Source: Eledone cirrhosa (Eukaryota). Taken from it: a DNA stretch of 64,000 nt. The notes under the pieces were generated by a model. That model made no database searches. It worked only from the letters and a program-made list of their open reading frames with translations, and was not told where the DNA came from. This document shows, one piece after another, positions 44,318 to 57,014 of this stretch. The stretch's first letter is position 1. Each line of letters begins with the position of its first letter. The position numbers were made by a program, and so were the translations under genes. The DNA lies in NCBI GenBank assembly GCA_964016885.1, contig OZ024742.1, positions 1,612,001 through 1,676,000 of the forward strand, written 5' to 3'.

Positions 44318-45740
44318 TCTCACCTCTCATATCATTAAGGTATTTGAGAGAGTAGTGAGATCGCGAATGACCCACTTCCTTGAGAGTAACAATATACTGA
44401 ACTCCAACCAGCATGGATTCCGTAATGGAAGGGATTGCCTGACGCAGCTACTGCATCACTTTGATGACATTTTGAGAGCCTTGGGAGAGGGTTCCAACAC
44501 TGATGTTATCTACCTTGATTTCAGCAAGGCCTTTGACAGGGTTGATCATAACATTCTACTGAGAAAGCTGTCCAATATTTGTGTCACTGGAAAGCTGCTG
44601 CAGTGGATCAAGAGCTTCTGTCAAACAGAACCCAACATGTTGTAGTCGAAGGAGTCAAATCCAGCCTAAGCAAAGTCAGTAGTGGGGTCCCACAAGGCAC
44701 TGTGTTGGGCCCACTTCTCTTCATCATCTATATTAATGACATCACTGACATCATCAAACACAGCAACATTAAAATTTTCGCTGATGATTCCAAGCTCCAA
44801 AAGGTCATCAATGGCGTGGATGACCGGATAAGCCTTCAGTCAGACCTACTGGCTGTTACCCAATGGGCGGAAAAGAACAACATGTTACTGAACGAAGACA
44901 AATTCGAACTGATCCACTTTGGAAAAGAGGATGCTCTGAAACTCCCGTACTCCCTTCCCTCCGGGGAAACTCTCATGGCATCTAACAACATCAGAGACTT
45001 GGGAGTAACCGTGGACAGCAACATAAGCTGGGCCACGCATATAAGCAGCAAAGTTGACATGGCCCGCAGAATGTGTTCCTGGATCCTCAGAACCTTCCAG
45101 TCGAGAGATTCCCACACCATTATCCTTCTCTTCTCTACTTTTGCCCGACCACACCTTGAATACTGTTGTCCACTGTGGTCTCCCCACACGAAACAAAGTA
45201 TCATGAAACTTGAAGCTCCTCAAAGGGCAATCACGAAAAAGATAGATGGCATGTCAGACCTTGACTACTGGGGTCGACTAGAAAAGCTGAAACTTTACTC
45301 ACTCCAACGTCGCCGTGAGCGTTATATTATATGCATGATGTGGAAAAGTTTTCATCATCACTGCCCAAATGATGTTGGCATCGCCTTCAAGATACACCCA
45401 AGGCTTGGGCCCCGTGCTATCCGTCCCATACAAAAATCTAAATCGCAACTCATAACAACAATACGGCACAATTATTTCACCTCAATCGGCCCTGCTCTCT
45501 TCAACATCACACCAGGACATGTCAAAACAGAAACTGACCACACAAAATTCAAGAAGTCTTTGGACAAATTCCTCCAAGTAATCCCGGACAAACCGCCCAC
45601 ACCCGGATATGTCTCCGCAAACAGTAATTCTCTTCTCGAATGGGCCATGGTGCCCAAATTCTGAATTGAAAGACTTCGCCAGGTGGTGCTATTAAGTTAG
45701 ACATGGCCTGGGCCAATACTGGCCAAAACATTTCAAAGTT
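44318..45740 (+). mobile_element. CR1-group LINE, second copy, 1-bp frameshift at ~44618
   Basis: Near-identical to 27810-29232; gagcttctgtc vs gagcttcctgtc. Confidence 0.92.
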
Positions 45741-46069
45741 ATATATATGTATATATATATATATATCTATATGTATGTATATATATCTATATATATATGT
45801 ATATATATCTCTATATATATGTATATATATGTATATATATATGTATATATATATATGTATAAATATATATGTATATATATGTATATATATATGTATATAT
45901 ATGTATATATATGTATATATATGTATATATATCTATATATATATGTATATATATCTGTATATATATGTATATATATCTCTATATATATGTATATATATCT
46001 CTATATATATGTATATATATCTCTATATATATGTATATATATGTATATATATATATGTATATATATGTA

Positions 46070-47170
46070 TGGGATAACAGGTAAGCTAACTAAGAACATA
46101 GATTTTATATGTGGCCGGTGCTCTGGTGCAATAAGTAGCAGCAAGTGCCCACTGAATACTAGCTCATTCCATTGCACTGATGGTTCTATAGAAATAGTGG
46201 ACAGCTTCCGTTACCTGGGTGACAAAATCAGCAGTGGGGGAGGGTGCTCTGAAAGTACAGTAGCTAGAGTCAGAACTGGATGGAAAAAGTTCAGAGAGCT
46301 TATACCACTATTAGTCGCTAAAGGGTTCTGCCTAAAAATGAAAGGCAGGTTATATGTTGCCTGCATACGAACAGCAATGTTGCATGGCAGTGAGACCTGG
46401 CCATTGTGTGCAGAGGATATATGCAAACTGGAGAGGAATGAAGCTTGCATGCTCCGCTGGATGTGTAATAGTAATATACGTGAACGGCAAAGCATAAATG
46501 AACTAAGGGAAAAATTAGAAATAAGAGGGATCAGATGTTGTTTACTAGAGAGAAGACTACGTTTGTATGGTCACGTGATGCGCATGAAAGACGACAGCTG
46601 TATAAAAAAGTGCAGGGCAATAAAAATAGACGGTAGCCAAGGAGTAGGCAGACCCAGAAAAACCTTGGACAACTTGATAAATTCCGACCTCACACACTTA
46701 CACCTCTCCAAGACAATGTCACTGGACCGAGATCTTTGGTGCTACACAGTAATAGAGAAGACCCACCTTACCTAAGTACAAAGTGAAACCTACTACAGTC
46801 AGTAGGCACCTCTAACAAAATGCACCCTCATCCCACTACCCCCACTCCATCCACACCACCCCTTTCAATGTAAAGTTATGTTGGTACTACAACATCCAGC
46901 CCAAAACAAATGAGATCGTGTAGGTGTCACGACAAAAAAAAACACACAGTCCACGCTGTAATGTGGCCGTGTAGGTAACACGGTAAAAACCTCCCAGTTC
47001 CACACTGTGAATGTGGTTGGTGTTAGGAAGGGCATCCAGCTGTAGAAAACCCGCTAGACCGTCCTATGCGAGCAAGACAACCACTCTTGCCTCAAGTGGG
47101 AAAACTCCCGTCCAAACCCATGCAAACATGGAATATGGACGTTAAACGATGATGATGATGATGATGATGA
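46070..47170 (+). mobile_element. RTE LINE family 1, 3' 1.1 kb (more diverged)
   Basis: [28 protein letters not shown] + UTR + (GAT)n. Confidence 0.92.
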
Positions 47171-47351
47171 TATCTATATATATGTATATATATATATATA
47201 TTTATGTATGTATATATATATATATCTATGTATGTATAAAAAAAGGAACGATCGACTTTTTGTCAAATCGGACCGAGGGAACAATGTTTCCGTTGGTCTT
47301 TCCAATTGCTAATACTATCTATCGGTCGCAACTCCAGGTAGAAGGAGAAAC

Positions 47352-47460
47352 GTGAAATAAAGTGTCTTGCTCAAGGACATAACGCATCGCCTGGTCCAGG
47401 AATCGAACTCACAAACTTACGATTGCTAATCCAATTCTCTAACCACTCAGCCACACACCT
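47352..47460 (-). mobile_element. tRNA-derived SINE head
   Basis: Minus strand: tggctgagtggtta (A box) .. gagttcgattcc (B box) .. tgtccttgagcaagacacttt. Confidence 0.75.
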
Positions 47461-47639
47461 TTACAAATGTATGTATATATATATCTATATATATGTATAC
47501 ACATACATACATACATATAGATATATACGTATATCTATATGTATGTATATATCTATATGTGTGTATATGTGTATGTATATATGTATGTATATATGTATGT
47601 GTGTATCTATGTGTATGTATATATGTATATAAGGAGCTC

Positions 47640-48078
47640 TTAAGAATCAATGGCCATCCAAAATCACCGGGAGAGATGACCCCTTAGCCTTTGTCAAGGC
47701 AGAATTCTAGGAGAAGGAAAACTCTGATATAACACCTGCAACCCTGATGGTATCCAATGATGTTGACTTGTTCTTCTTTTTGGTAAATATCATCTTGGTT
47801 AAGAGAGTGGGACTGGCTTTGTGCAGTGCCTTTGCTCACTATAAAAGCTTCACGGCACAGGCATTGCTTTATATCTGGAGATCTCTCTGCACTTGTCGTC
47901 ACATGGTACCATGGGCCCAGCACTATGTGTCAATAATTGTCACAAGTGTAGTGTTTCTACCAGAGTTTTCAAGTCGCTGGCTGGACTAAAAAGTCACATT
48001 CGTTCAGCGCATCGGTAGGGGATCTCCTACATGGATATAAAGTAGTGGCCGTACTCGAAAACAAGTTGGCAGCCGCCA
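47640..48078 (+). repeat. dispersed repeat, possible RTE 5' UTR fragment (copy 1)
   Basis: Near-identical to 49816-50252; contains ctaggagaaggaaaactctga. Confidence 0.55.
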
Positions 48079-48460
48079 TATATATGTATATATATATGTA
48101 TATATATATCTATATATATGTATATATATATCTATATATATGTATATATATATCTATATATATGTATATATATATCTATATATATGTATATATATATATC
48201 TATATATATATGTATATATATATCTATATATATGTATATATATATGTATATATATATGTATATATATATCTATATATATATGTATATATATATCTATATA
48301 TATATATGTATATATATATCTATATATATGTATATATATATGTATATATATATGTATATATATATGTATATATATATCTATATATATATATGTATATATA
48401 TATCTATATATATATATATATATATATATCTATATATATGTATATATATATATATATATC

Positions 48461-48517
48461 AGATGTAAGTATGTATGTATACGTACATACATATATGTAT
48501 ACAGACGTACAGTAGCA

Positions 48518-48553
<36 letters not shown>

Positions 48554-49170
48554 CAGGTACACATACATATATGCACGTATCAGTTTAGCGGACGCTTATT
48601 ATAACGCCGCTTTGTTCGTTTGTCAACAAACTGAACAGCCTGAATTTATGCCATACGGTGTTAAGGCAACCACGTCACCTTTTTGTTCAACACTGACACA
48701 GGAACGATGTACTAGTTTCAAGCTTGTTAGCTATCATCAGCACCGTATACCCATCTGCCAGATAGTTGAACGTTCGAAAGTATATACTTTCCTTATGAAA
48801 ATTAACGGCTGAGCAGCCTAATTTGCATATTGAGTGCTAACAATATGATGATAGCTAACAAGCTTGAAACTAGTACATCGTTCCTGTGTCAGTGTTGAAC
48901 AAAAAGGTGACGTAGTTGCCTTATCGTATGGCATAAATTCAGGCTGTTGAGTTTGTTTTCAAACGAACAAAGCGGCGTTATAATAAGCGTCCGCTAAACT
49001 GATACGTGCATATATGTATGTGTACCTGTATGTATATATATATATATATATGCATGCTACTGTACGTCTGTATACATATATGTATGTACGTATACATACA
49101 TAATTACATCCAAGTAAGTGCCATACTAAGAGTGAGAAATGAAATTTCGTTTTCATTTTATTTCAACTTA
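48461..49170. mobile_element. non-coding HHR-bearing element, subfamily B, fold-back pair
   Basis: 48461-48835 same orientation as 21830-22222; 48845-49170 inverted. Confidence 0.78.
48704..48746 (-). ncRNA. type I hammerhead ribozyme
   Basis: Same sequence as 22091-22133; a 5'-clipped copy lies on + at ~48846-48878. Confidence 0.86.
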
Positions 49171-49648
49171 TATATATATCTATATCTATATATATGTATA
49201 TATATATATCTATATATATATATCTATATATATATATATATATATCTATATATATGTATATATATATGTATATATATATCTATATATATGTATATATATA
49301 TCTATATATATATATGTATATATAACTATATATATGTATATATATCTATATATATGTATATATATATATATATGTATATATATCTATATATATGTATATA
49401 TATATATATATGTATATATATCTATGTATATGTATATACATATATATGTACATATATCTATATATATATGTATATATATATATATATGTACATATATCTA
49501 TATATATGTATATATATCTATATATATGTATGTATATATATATGTATATATATCTATATATATGTATGTATATATATGTATATATATCTATATATGTATA
49601 TATATCAGTATATATATATGTATATATATTTATATATGTATATATATC

Positions 49649-50252
49649 AGGTCACCAGTTTGTGCTACTAGTAACATGTATCCCAGTACAACCTGTCTCA
49701 TGGTCGGGTCGTTGGCAACTAAACTGGCAACCCCACCAAGGTATCTTGGTGAGGAGGGTGACTTTGGACATCCTGCAGGACTAAAAACAAAACCTGTCAA
49801 AGGACAAAATAGTTATTAAGATTCAATGGCCATCCAAAATCACCGGGAGAGATGACCCCTTAGCCTTTGTCAAGGCAGAATTCTAGGAGAAGGAAAACTC
49901 TGATATAACACCTGCAACCCTGATGGTATCCAATGATGTTGACTTGTTCTTCTTTTTGATAAATATCATCTTGGTTAAGAGAGTGGGACTGGCTTTGTGC
50001 AGTGCCTTTGCTCACTATAAAAGCTTCACGGCACAGGCATTGCTTTATATCTGGAGATCTCTCTGCACTTGTCGTCACAAGGTACCATGGGCCCGGCACT
50101 ATGTGTCAATAATTGTCACAAGTGTAGTGTTTGTACCAGAGTTTTCAAGTCACTGGCTGGACTAAAAAGTCATACTTGTTCAGCGCATCGGTAGGGGTTC
50201 TCCTACATGGATATAAAGTAGTGGCCGTACTCGAAAACAAGTTGGCAGCCAC
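49649..50252 (+). repeat. dispersed repeat, possible RTE 5' UTR fragment (copy 2, longer)
   Basis: Extends 5' with hairpin ggtcaccagttt..aaactggcaacc. Confidence 0.55.
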
Positions 50253-50480
50253 CATATATATCTATATATATGTATGTATATATATCTATATATATGTATG
50301 TATATATATCTATATATATGTATATATATATATATATATATATGTATACATATCTATATATATGTATGTATATATGATGTATATATCTATATATATGTAT
50401 GTATATATATATATGTATATATATTATATATATCTATATATATGCATGTATATATATATCTATATATATGTATGTATATA

Positions 50481-50534
50481 TCATCATCATCATCATCAAC
50501 GTTTAACGTCCGTGTTCCACGCTTGCATGGGTTT
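50481..50534 (-). mobile_element. RTE family 1 extreme 3' terminus only
   Basis: (cat)n caacgtttaacgtccgtgttccacgcttgcatgggttt. Confidence 0.8.
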
Positions 50535-50703
50535 ATATATATGTATATATATCTATATATATGTATGTATATATATATCTATATATATGTATGTATATAT
50601 ATATATATATGTATATATATCTATATATATGTATGTATATATATATCTATATGTATGTATATATATATATCTATATATATGTATATATATATATATATTT
50701 ATA

Positions 50704-50734
<31 letters not shown>

Positions 50735-50902
50735 ATATGTATATATATATATATATTTATGTATATATATATATATATTTATATATATGTATATATATAT
50801 ATATACTTATATATATGTATATATATCTATATATATGTATATATATGTATGTATATATATGTATATATATATATGTATATATATGTATAAATATGTATAT
50901 GT

Positions 50903-50948
<46 letters not shown>

Positions 50949-51370
50949 GTATATGTATGTATATGTATATATATATATATGTATATATATGTATATGTAT
51001 ATATATATATGTATATATATGTATATGTATATATATGTATATGTATATATATGTATATATATGTATATGTATATAAATGTATATATATGTATATGTATAT
51101 ATATATATGTATATATGTATATATATATATGTATATATATGTATATGTATATATGTATATATATGAATATATATATATATGTATATGTATGTATATGAAT
51201 ATATATATATATGTATATGTATGTATATGTATATATATATGTATATATATATATGTATATGTATGTATATATATATGTATATGTATATATATATATCTAT
51301 ATATATATATGTATATGTATGTATATGTATATGTATATATATATGTATATGTATGTATATGTATATATAT

Positions 51371-51416
<46 letters not shown>

Positions 51417-51551
51417 ATATATGTATAGTAATAATAATATATATGAATATATATATATATGTATAGTAATAATAATATATTTGAAGACTAAAATCCAAAG
51501 AGGGCTCGATAAGGATAAATATATATCAAATACATAAGAACTGCAGAGCAA

Positions 51552-51808
51552 ATATTTATTAAAATAACAGATTAAAGTTTAAGCAAAGAATCGCTGCTTT
51601 CACCCTTAACGGGATCTTCTGAAACTAACAAAGTCAATGTGTAAACACAGAAGTGGATATTTCAAAAAACGTTGCAACTGGTTGCAACATTTTTTGAAAT
51701 ATCCACTTCTGTCTTTACACATTGACTTTGTTAGTTTCAGAAGATCCTGTTAAGGGTGAAAGCAGCGATTCTTTGCTTACACTTTAATCTGTTATTTTAA
51801 TAAATATA
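51552..51808. repeat. ~255-bp near-perfect palindrome with one-sided tail (51480-51551)
   Basis: Arms meet at gttgcaac-tg-gttgcaac (~51680). Confidence 0.9.
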
Positions 51809-51809
51809 T

Positions 51810-51849
<40 letters not shown>

Positions 51850-53383
51850 GTATATATATATATGTATATATATATGTGTATATATATCTATATATATATG
51901 TATCTATATATGTATCTATATATCTATATCTATATATATATATATGTGTCTATATATATCTATATATATGTATCTATATATCTATATCTATATATATGTA
52001 TCTATATATCTATATCTATATATATGTATCTATATATCTATATCTAGATATATATATGTGTCTATATATATCTATATATATGTATCTATCTATCTATCTA
52101 TATATATATATATATATATATTATCTGTCTTGTCTTTTTGTCTATCTACTCATCTATCTCATCACTAATATTAGAGGCATTCTCATCTTCCTCCCATTAT
52201 AGCATAAATATATATATTTATACTAAAATCCAAAAAAATGAATACATACTTTGATTACCTGTACAGGCAATATTTATTAGAATGCACAGCCTTCGTGTAT
52301 ACATTTTTTGGGGAACATCCTGTATATATATATATTTCACAATTTGGCTTATTTTCTGTTCATGCCAAGCTTCTAATGTTGCACTGCCTTTTGTTGTTGT
52401 TTACTCTGCATTATATGATTCTGTTGTTGTTGTTGTTGCTGATGTTCCTGTTATTGTTTTTCTCTGATTGTGAAATAGTTTATTTTCTATTAAAGTGATA
52501 TAAAGACTATAAAGCTGTTGATTGACAGGTTGAGTTATTTCAAAGTGGAGTTTACTATATATTTATGACTTTTACTTAGGAATTCTTGTAGAATTATGAC
52601 AAGATATGATATACAGTTTCTTCTGTGATGTTGAATAATTAGAATTATTGTTATATACAGCGAGACTCAGTAATAGTCTTGATTTGAAAACCTATCAAAC
52701 AAAAATAGAAGATATTGAATGTTTTTATTAATATTTTATAAGAAAATGCTCAACAGGCTGTGAAATATATTTTATTGATTACATTGTTGGGAGTTGAAAC
52801 CTTACAATCTAAGATTGGAGTTGGGTGGGGTGGGGGTGGGGGGTGTTATTGACTCCCTCATTATTTTGGAGAGTTTTTAGTAAGTCAGATTAGATTAAAC
52901 TTGACTGTTACTAGTCCATAACACAGAAGATCTCCACATTTTAAATGTATTTGTTGTCTCCAGTTATTGAGATATGATTCTTTTGTTCCTTTTCATATCA
53001 AATTGCTGCTTGTTTTAATCCTTTTAAAACTAACTTGGCTCAAAAACGCTTTAGTTCTATCAAACACAATCAGCCATATCAAAGGTTCCTATTTAGTTCT
53101 ATCAAACAAAATCAGCCATATCAAAGGGTTCCTATTTAAATTGAAAGTTCCCGACATAATTTTATATAGACCCACATGTTATTATCTTAGCAATGAAATA
53201 ATTAGTAGTTTTAGTAAATCCTTCAAAATTCTTCATTAATTAGTAGAAGTACTGCCATAAACATATTAAAGGGCCTATTTTTATTTAGAAAACTTACATT
53301 GTAATTGTATGCCAGAACTTAAGAAGTTATGTTCCAAATACCAATTTAATTATGAGAAAATTAGTTACATTATTAAATCCTTA

Positions 53384-53482
53384 AGGTTAACTTTGCCTTT
53401 CATCCTTACGGGGTCGATAAAATAAAGTACCAGTAATACACTGGATAATTGCTGGCCTTGTGCCTAACGTAGAAACAATTAT
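53384..53482 (+). mobile_element. SINE fragment, Meta-domain-like core
   Basis: ggttaactttgcctttcatccttacggggtcgataaaataaagtaccag. Confidence 0.7.
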
Positions 53483-53671
53483 TAAATCCTTCCAAATTCT
53501 TAATTATTTTCAGAATTATAGACATTGTCTTTCACTAGAAATCTGGTAACAAATGGATTAAAGAATCCTTTTTACTTTTTTTTTCCCTACTAATTTCTAA
53601 GCCTCTTTTTTTTTTTTTCTCATCTGATTTTTGACTGGTTTATTAATCGATATTTGTTGCAACTTTTCAAG

Positions 53672-53843
53672 GATTTACCAACAACATTCTATCCGCTGAT
53701 ATCACCTGAGAAGCAAGGTAACAGTGAACGGTCTTCAGTGTTTGTGTATGAGAAACAACCAACTGAAGGTGGTGGTGAGAAGTCAGTCATTAACATAAGC
53801 CCGTTCCGTCGTGCCAGGAAACATTTCAAAAATATCATGGGAG
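53672..53843 (+). CDS. candidate host coding exon (DLPTTFYPLISPEKQGNSERSSVFVYEKQPTEGGGEKSVINISPFRRARKHFKNIMG), product unknown
   Basis: tttcaag acceptor, gag|gtaagt consensus donor, open frame, coding-like composition in AT-rich surroundings. Confidence 0.6.
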
Positions 53844-53979
53844 GTAAGTTGTCATGTCATTACCATTATTATTGTTGGTGTTTACTTCATATAAAATACT
53901 ACTTAAGTTAATGTTTCAAAATATATGTATTTTTAAAATTATTGTATATGTAGTAGAGAAACATTTTTAAAGGAAGAAC

Positions 53980-54072
<93 letters not shown>

Positions 54073-54359
54073 AATGACTGAGTGTCAAAAAGCCCGTACA
54101 ATTCAGTAGAAATATATAAGAAGCAAAGGATGACAGATAAAACAAATGTTCTACCCAGTATATTTCAACATGATATTTCAGGGCTCTAACCTTCTTTTCA
54201 AATGTGAAACTGAAACAGTTCAAAACGAAAATGAACAATTCATGTCTTCTTCCCTAACTGTTTATGTTTTACATTTGGAAAGAGGGTTATAGCCCTTAAA
54301 TATACTGGGGAAAACATGACATGTTTTATTTGTCACATATATATATATATATATATAAT

Positions 54360-54708
54360 CATCATCATCGTCATCATCATTTCATTTTACGTCCGCTTTT
54401 TCCCTGCTTGCAAGGGTGAGATGGGAACTGATTTTGGCTTGATTTCTACAGCTGGATGCCCTTCCTAACACCAACCTCATTTACAGTGAGTGCTGGGTGC
54501 TTTTTTGCCGTGGCACCTCCACGACCACTTTGCAGTGGAATGATATGGACCCCAGTCCCTATCATCTCATTTCTACAGCTGAGTAAACTGGAGCAATGTG
54601 AAATAAAGTGTCTTGCTCAAGGAAACAACACATCACCCGGTCTGAGAATTGAACTCACAACCTTTCGATTGCAAGGCCAATGCTCTAACCACTAAGCCAT
54701 GTGCCTCC
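54360..54708 (-). mobile_element. tRNA-derived SINE with RTE-like 3' end
   Basis: Head tggcttagtggttagagc..gagttcaattc; tail shares ttctacagctggatgcccttcctaacaccaac and (CAT)n with RTE family 1. Confidence 0.82.
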
Positions 54709-56497
54709 ATATATATATATATACACACATATATAAATGAATGTTCTTATTTTCAGTAAAAAAAAAGGAAATAACAATAATAATGTTCATCTTTTTGGAA
54801 TTAATCACCATTCCAGTGTCCATATTTCAGTTTGGCCAGTGGTCATTTAATCTTTACTTTGAACATTTTAGTTCTATTTCAGTTCTTGCCTCATATTACT
54901 CCCTAATTACTCCTTAATTACCCTCAATTATTTCTAATTTTTCATAATTTTTATTATTTTATTTTATTATTTTGATAATTTTTTTTCATTATTTACCAAT
55001 ATTTGTTTTCGTTACTTTGGAACCATTATCATTGTATTTTCTAAGGCTTCTTCTTCACTGATGCCATTGTAAACTTTTTGGCACCTTAAATTCTGTGGCA
55101 CCCTAAATTTCTGTGACACCAGTGGTTGATTGTCTTTTAGAATTTATAGGGGCTCTATCATTAAAACTGCCAAGAAAGCTCCTATGAGATGCAACCCCAT
55201 AGAAACCCAGCTAAGACCTACATAGGTGTAAACTGTAACAACAATAATCTTTTGTTAACATATTTCAAATGAAAGATGTCACCTGTTATTTCCGAGTATT
55301 TGGAGTGATTTATAAATACAACTAACCTTTTCATTATTAAGCTGGTGTTAGGAACAAAACTTAACAAAGTTTGCTTAAAAATTATGACAGAAGGTTTTTA
55401 GATAAATATAAACAGTTTAAAATAAACAAGCTTGTATGATAGAACCAGGGGTGGGGCTGAGGTTTGGTATAAAAGGATTTAAAGCTTTGCAAGATTTTCT
55501 GTCAGTAGGAGTTGGAAATTTGATTATTCTCATATTGTAGCTATAGACATTTCCAATAACTCCCTGACCTGCAAACCAAATATTGACTAGAAAGGAATCT
55601 ATGATTGGCTCAACAGAAATCAATCATTAACAAAGCTATTGATCACAGATCCATAAAATAATTAAAAATATCTATATTTGGTCTTGCCTCTTTTAGTTTC
55701 TATACCAATGATAATATGAAGCTATGTTTATATTGGGGGACTATATAGTCTATTGATCTGAAATGTTTTCCTGCAGTTTTAGATATGGTTTAGGAGTGGT
55801 TTAATAAGTAGAGGATATATATAGACTTTAGTTGGTAGCAGGTCTTTGTGGAAGTTAAAACAAAAAGAGGGATGGATGTATTTCTCTTTTCCTTACTCTT
55901 TTCTTACTTATATCTTCCTCTCATTCCCACTTCCTCTCTTTCACACTTCTTCTCTTTCTCTCTTCCCTTCCCTTTCTCACACTTCTCTTTCTCTCCTTCC
56001 TTCTGTCACATATTCTCTCTCTCTATCTTCCACACACATACATAAATCTATTTACCACTATTTAAAAAAAATGTTTATCTTCTTCCCTCCCACTTACTTT
56101 CCTGGTGTTGACAACAACAACAACCCTCTAGATGAGTTGGCAACACAGCAGCTGGACAAGAACAGCAATGTCTATTTGTCTATCTATTCACCTGGTTATG
56201 GTGGTGTTAAGTAAACCATGAAGTGTATATGATGGCTAATATTGCTATAATTGGTTTAAATGAATCTGGATATAGAGTGAATAAGGGGGATTAAGATGAG
56301 GAGGAGGAGGAGGAGATTATGAAGGTCAAGAAAAAAACTGAGCAATTCGAATCTCTTCACATCTGATGTAATTAAGAACTATATTAAACACTCTTTACTA
56401 TATACTCTGTCATGTTTTATGGGTACTATGCTAGTATATATATGTATATATATATATATACTGTTGGCTTCTTGCTCACATTAATTTCTCTATTTTC

Positions 56498-56525
<28 letters not shown>

Positions 56526-56531
<6 letters not shown>

Positions 56532-56708
56532 ACTAAAGAACTTAAAGAAATTATTTAGCCTGATAGTGGGGTTAAGAACCCTCGGAGAAATGGAAAAAGA
56601 TGAGTATTGACGTACATGTACGTCAATACTCATCTTTTTCCATTTCTCCGAGGGTTCTTAACCCCACTGTCAGGCTAAATAATTTCTTTAAGTTCTTTAA
56701 TCAAAATA
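56526..56708. repeat. ~180-bp spacerless palindrome with one-sided tail (56709-56772)
   Basis: Centre gacgtacatgtacgtc. Confidence 0.9.
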
Positions 56709-56772
56709 CGGTGATAGCTAACATTTCTAATAATTTCAAATCCACTCACTGTTTCTAAAATATTCTTACTTG

Positions 56773-56806
<34 letters not shown>

Positions 56807-56813
56807 GTATATG

Positions 56814-56883
<70 letters not shown>

Positions 56884-57014
56884 TTGGGTGTAGAGAGAGA
56901 TAAATGCAACAAATGTATATAAGATGAATCATAAGATTGAAAATGAAGAAAATTTGAATATTTTAGTTATAAATTATTTTAAAAGGAATTCCAGATATTT
57001 AATCAAGTTTTCTG

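Noticed and set aside
47352-47460. tRNA gene
   Set aside because: A/B boxes run into SINE core sequence with no complete cloverleaf; the same applies to 54620-54708.
55245-55482. Possible TTAA-type MITE remnant
   Set aside because: Resembles an octopus repeat from memory only; termini too decayed to support from the sequence.
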